From positions 1,879-65,878 of the forward strand of contig CAJINV010000035.1 in assembly GCA_905178155.1 (NCBI GenBank): a DNA stretch of 64,000 nucleotides. The letters run 5' to 3'. Within the stretch, counting starts at the first letter, position 1; each line of letters opens with the position of its first letter. The notes under the pieces were generated by a model that was not told the DNA's origin, did not search any database, and saw only the letters and a program-made list of their open reading frames with translations. Below, piece by piece: positions 59,220-64,000 of this stretch. A program made the position numbers and the translations under genes. The stretch comes from Amoebophrya sp. A120. Lineage: Eukaryota; Protista; Dinoflagellata.

Positions 59220-62200
59220 AGCAAGAAACTGTACGAGAGCGGCACGCTGATGCTGTGCCGCATGCTCAGCGACACGTGCGTTGGCAACTGGAAGCGCCAG
59301 CGTGGAGCCTTGGCTCCGAAGTGGTCCCAGTGGCGCCTGGAGCTCGAGCAGTCCGAGATGTACGGCACGGCGGAGGACCTGGACATGGAGAACGGCACCT
59401 GCAAGACCAATATGGGACTGGAGATGGTGCTTGTTTTTCTTTTCAACCTTTTCCTCTACTTTTTCGTGGGGCAAGCTGCAAGAGCTGCATCTTCAACATG
59501 GCGAAGTGCTTTCGAGGCATTTGCCCGAGGGCATTTTCGCATGACAAATTTAGAGCACGCTGCAAGACGGCGCCCCTACATGCATGACAAATTGGGTAGT
59601 TGCGGTCGAACATCATTTGCGCATCACAAACTCGAAACTGATGAGAAGAAAAACGTATTTTCGCAATACAAATTTAAATTCTTTCAGGCCTTGTTCCTGT
59701 TGTGGATGAAGGGGCGCGGGTACAGCGACCAGGTGAAGGCGTGGCTGGCCACTGTCCGCTATAAGCCGCAGGACCTCAACGACTCCGACAGGCTGCAGCT
59801 GATCGCCACAGCTTTGGAGAAGGCGCACTGCGAGTCCGAGGTGTCCGCACGCCTGCAGCTGGTAAATCGTATCCACCTTCTTTTGTCGCATTAGGTCGCG
59901 CTACTTCCGCTTTTCCAAAATAGATATGATAGCCACGCCTCGAGCTGCATGATTTCCACTTCTTTCCCGCAATACAGATTCTCCTCAAGACCCAAAAAAA
60001 TCAACACAGACCAATCTGCTGCGGGGGACGCTCGACTTGATCATCTTCATGTACAACCTGCTTGGCGTTGTCCACTTCGAGTACCCCGGCGAGTCCACCC
60101 AACTGAGTGACCAAGTGTGGCAGAAAACGATCAACATTCAGACCGATGAGAGTACAAAAGGGCAGGAGAAAAAAGCCTCCTTTGCGGTATAGAGTTTAGA
60201 TTTCTTTTGGTTGATTCTCGCATGACAAATTGCATCAGTCGTTGTTTCCTTGGATCTGTGCATTACAGAGCTTCGCCTTGTACGATTTACGCATTACAAA
60301 CTCAGGCTTACTTGAGCTTCATGATCAACCCCGTCCGGAAGTTTGTCACCTACTTCTTCCCGCTGATCTTGCAGCGCCCGAGCCAACGGCTTCCGGGAGG
60401 GAAAAACCCCGTGCACTCCGCCGCGCAGGGCAAGGCCGTCGACTTGTTCCGGCTTGTCCACTGGCTCGGGGGGCCGGCCTTGGTGCGAAAACTGGTCGGA
60501 CCGTTTTACAGTGGCTGGCGCCACTGTTTGATCATAGATAGCGATCAAGAAGAATCACAAGTACGCTCTGGACAAGGACTCGGCTACGTGATCAACTGTG
60601 TCACGCGCCTCGGCATCCATCATCGACTTTCAAATATATGCAACCGCGTGTGCCTTGCCATCGCGCGGGTCCGATTCTGTTTACGAGATTTCCTCCGCGG
60701 CCAATACGCACGCAACAGCCTCCGCGGCGCCTACGAGGCTGCGAGGCAGCGCCTGCTGCAGAAGTGCGACGAGGAGAACTTGTGCATCGTGAAGGTCGAG
60801 CGGCAGACCGGGAAGACGACGAAAAAGGCGCTACAAGAAAGTACTTCGATTTTGTTTCTCTTAACGTTCGGTAGTGCATGCAAGTGGTTTATGTTGATTT
60901 CAGGTTTTGGGCTCAATACAAGTCGGCTTTTTATTTTGAAATGGCCATCACAGCGCCCTGAAACAAGATGGCGGAAGCTCGTGGCCAGCGGCCCGGTAGC
61001 CAAACTTGCCCCAAGTCGAAAGCCGGAACCTTCGGCTTTCGATTTTTTCAAAAGTGAGCGCTTTGATTCTTGGTCGCACAGATCACAAAGAGAAAAAGTG
61101 CTCAAAAAGTGAGTTCGAAAAGGGACAAAAAGTGCAAAAAAAGCCATGGCTTTTTTTCATTTTTTTGTGGAAAATCAAATGTGATGGCGTTTTTTATCCC
61201 CACCTGTATACAAAAAAGCGAGTTGTGATGGTGTTTTTTATCCCCAGCTAAAATGGCACTTTTTGCGCTTTTTGTAAACGTGATATTTTTTGAATCCCCA
61301 CCTAAGTGCAAACGAAAGAAGCAAAAACAAAAACACCATCACAACCGGAAAAGTTCAGTTTTAGGCGCGGCCTCCGAAGTCGCTTTTTTTTCAAGTTTTT
61401 CAAAAGTGGTTACTTTGTGAAATGTGATGCTCGCCTATAGGTGGGGACTCACTCTTTTTTTGGTGCAACATCACACCAAAAATGAAAACGTTTTTTGTTT
61501 TCGGGGGGGGTCCAAAAAATATTAGAGTTAGCGAAAAAAAATGTCTATTGTGATTGACAAAACAAATAATGAAAAGACTGTTTTTCAAAATCGAAAGCTC
61601 TTGATCGTCGTCTTCAAATCCGCCCAAATCTCGCAATACAGATGCGTCGCTGACCAGTATGGTGGAAACCCGCTGGCTTGCGGAATGGGCGGTGGCACAG
61701 TGGCTGCTCAGAAACAGCGAAGTGGTGATTGCGATCTTGCGCGAGATGTTGGACTTCGAGAACGGGTTTCGGGCCAGAGTCGACGGCTCGGAGCGTGGCC
61801 AGCCCTCGGCTTTTGAGGATGGCACCGCGCTGGATTATCTCGACCTGTTTCCTGCGCCACTGGTTTTGACCGAGGAGGGCAGTGTCATGGGCCTCAGCAG
61901 TGATGTGTTCGGTGGAAGATATGCATGGCAAACAGCTAGCAATCTGACCACGTGGAAATGTGAAGAATAAAGATGTCATGCGGAAATGAACTCACAGCTG
62001 CGTTTCCTATATGCGCAGGCTGCAGCTGTTTGTCCCTTGCATAAGAATGGAGAGGATCTCGTGGCGGCTGAAGTCGATCGCAGTGACACGCTGCTGGACT
62101 ACGAAGGTAATCTTGTTGATAATCCGGATGGAGTGCAGCAGCAGCCGGTCGGCAACTTGTTGGCCCCCATGGACGTCGAGATGGAGGACGTGCAGGATGA

Positions 62201-64000
62201 TCCAGATGTTGCTCCGATTGTTCCTCCGGCCGCCAATCCGCCCGCGCAGCAGCAAAACGCTCCCGCTGGGAATTTAGGTGATCCGGATGACGACGCAGAT
62301 GATGAAGTACGAAAGTGAAAAACTCTTTGTAGAACGGGTTTGGTAGTTTGAAGCTTCTAGCTGTAGAATTTCGAACTTGTCATGCAAAATTTCCAAATTT
62401 CGTATCTACAAAGAGGCTTTCACTTTCATACACTGCTCCCGAAGGAGCTGCCGGTCGCGGAAACAACAATCGTCGCACGGACAAGCAGCGGACGCTGGAC
62501 CTTTTGAACTCCATCGAGAATTGCGACGAAGACCGAACCCGGCACTACGTCGACTCCATCAAAGTGCGCCACTCGTTTCACTCCATGCACCTTTCCGTCA
62601 CCGCCGGTGCTTTGTCGACAGATCGGGGACGAGCGGAAATCAAGGCGAAGTACACGCCGCTGTTTCCCTGGGCCAACTTCGACGGTCAATACCACGACTT
62701 TCTGATCAGCGTGGAGGAGAACATGCCGGGGTTCTTGCTTGCTGCCATGCGGCAGGCTTGCAAGAACATCCACAACCTGCAGGAAATGCACTCCGCCATG
62801 TGCATCATGATCTTCACCATGCGATTTTACTTGTGCACGTGCTTCGACCCCAATTTCGGGCTGTGGTTTTCGGTTGTGTTCCGTCCCCGCATCTCTGACG
62901 CCCACATCATGGCCAACGATATTAAGCACGACGTCCTGGACACGACGGCCGGAAATGGCGTGTTTTGCCGGAAGCTGAATGTCTTCGCCACCTACATTCA
63001 GAACCTCCTGAACACCGATGCGGAGCTTGGGGAGGAGGTTTTGAAATTGATTGTGATCAGCGGTGCAGCGGGGGACTTTGAAGGCGAGCGGCACTGGCGT
63101 TATGCCAGTGTCGCACAGAAGATTTTCCGCGCCCTCCAAGGCCGGTTCAAGTTGTCTTTCGGCCGCTTGCGCTGGGCCGAAAAGTGCACGCAACTGTACC
63201 GGAAGACTCCGTCCCTGTGGGGCTCGAGTTCCCGCCACGCCCCTGCCCCGGTTTCCCAGATCCGCCCGATTTTGGCAAACGCCGCTGATCCGCCGACCGC
63301 TGCGTCTTTCCGTGAAGAAGTTTTGCAGGAGTCTAAGGACGCTCCGACCCTGCAGCAGCAGTTCAAAGTCCTGGAGGACCTGCGGATGTCCCATCCGCTT
63401 CCGGAGCCGATGGCGGAGATCGCGAATCGAATCAAGCTGGAGACTATCCTCTGAAAAAAACTAAAATGAATGCTGCTCTCATGCATGACAAACACATAAT
63501 GTGGCACTGGAAAAGAACTCGCATCATGGAAAGCATTCACTTTAGACATTTCTCTTTGGGATAAATTCTCTGAGTGACGACATCGCCGCCAGCGCCATCA
63601 ACTACGTGAAGCCGGGTTTGGAGACCGCGGTGCGCCTCCAGGCCAGTCGCGTCGAACAGACGGCCGACATCCCGATCTTGGAAGAGGTGGGCAAGCGTTT
63701 ATCCAGATGAGCCTCCTGCTCGCCATCACAGATTTTGTAATGCGCGAGGAGCAGACGCGGCATCTTGCATCACATTTTGCGCATGACAGATGGTAGTGAT
63801 TTCAGGGAGCAGGAGGCTCATCTGCATAATCTGTTGACAATGCTCTGCGCTTGCGGCACCGCGCTGCCGACCACCGCCCGGTCTGTGCTATCGACGAGGA
63901 GGGCGGGACTTTGGGAATGATCATGTGGTTGGTCTTGCAGATTATCGACGGGAAGTGGTTCGGAGTGTCGATGACCAGAGTTCCGGGAGACGTGCTGATG
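59220..64000 (+). CDS. hAT-like DDE transposase (5' start unresolved, 3' end beyond window)
   Basis: Exons joined by GT-AG introns 59427-59687, 59862-60009, 60187-60305 and probably 60841-61641. Motifs TINIQTDEST (60136-60156), LIIDSD (~60528-60545), GIHHRLSNIC (~60612-60641) and SMVETRWLAEWAVAQWLL (61656-61709) occur in hAT order. Three introners (62308-62430, 63445-63563, 63700-63828), in frame with element+5. Confidence 0.65.
63700..63828. mobile_element. Introner element inside the transposase gene
   Basis: TIR tatccagatgagcctcctgctc / gagcaggaggctcatctgcata; element+5 removal keeps the frame open to the window end. Confidence 0.8.

Larger units (their letters stand above)
54191..64000 (+). 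mobile_element. Large (>9.8 kb) TA-terminated DNA transposon, hAT-like; right end outside window
   Basis: Begins TATCGAAGAAAAAAACACCATCAC exactly where an introner is broken. Switch of coding strand, intron type and codon style. Encodes a hAT-like transposase. Confidence 0.7.

Noticed and set aside
61180-61250. Right end of the large element
   Set aside because: It resembles the inverted left end but is not followed by tgcaa or the remaining introner, and transposase-like exons continue beyond it.
62426-63394. Long minus-strand ORFs (also 56220-57104 minus and 32315-33115 plus)
   Set aside because: Antisense shadows of GC-rich exons on the opposite strand.

Overview
Eukaryotic, intron-dense DNA, most likely (inference) from a parasitic dinoflagellate of the Amoebophrya/Syndiniales type, which is known for non-canonical introner introns and one-strand gene clusters. 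From 87 to 54064 all well-supported genes lie on the minus strand. They include a DIS3L2-like RNase II, a signal-peptide-bearing PARP/ART-like protein with H-Y-E motifs, an alpha/beta hydrolase, a UBA/CUE-like protein and large hypothetical proteins. These genes are interrupted by roughly 80 short (about 120-420 nt) MITE-like elements from several terminal-inverted-repeat (TIR) families. Nearly all start and end in TA and are flanked by a perfect or degenerate 5-bp direct repeat. Removing the element plus 5 nt restored the reading frame at about 60 junctions checked by hand (23 of 23 in the first gene), so they behave as transposon-derived non-GT-AG introns. At 54191 a much larger TA-terminated element begins inside one of these introners and runs off the window end. 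It carries plus-strand genes with mostly canonical GT-AG introns, including a hAT-like DDE transposase (IQTDEST, HHRLSN, ETRW) that itself contains three introners. This is a candidate autonomous partner for the introners. All gene models were assembled by hand, without RNA data or database searches.
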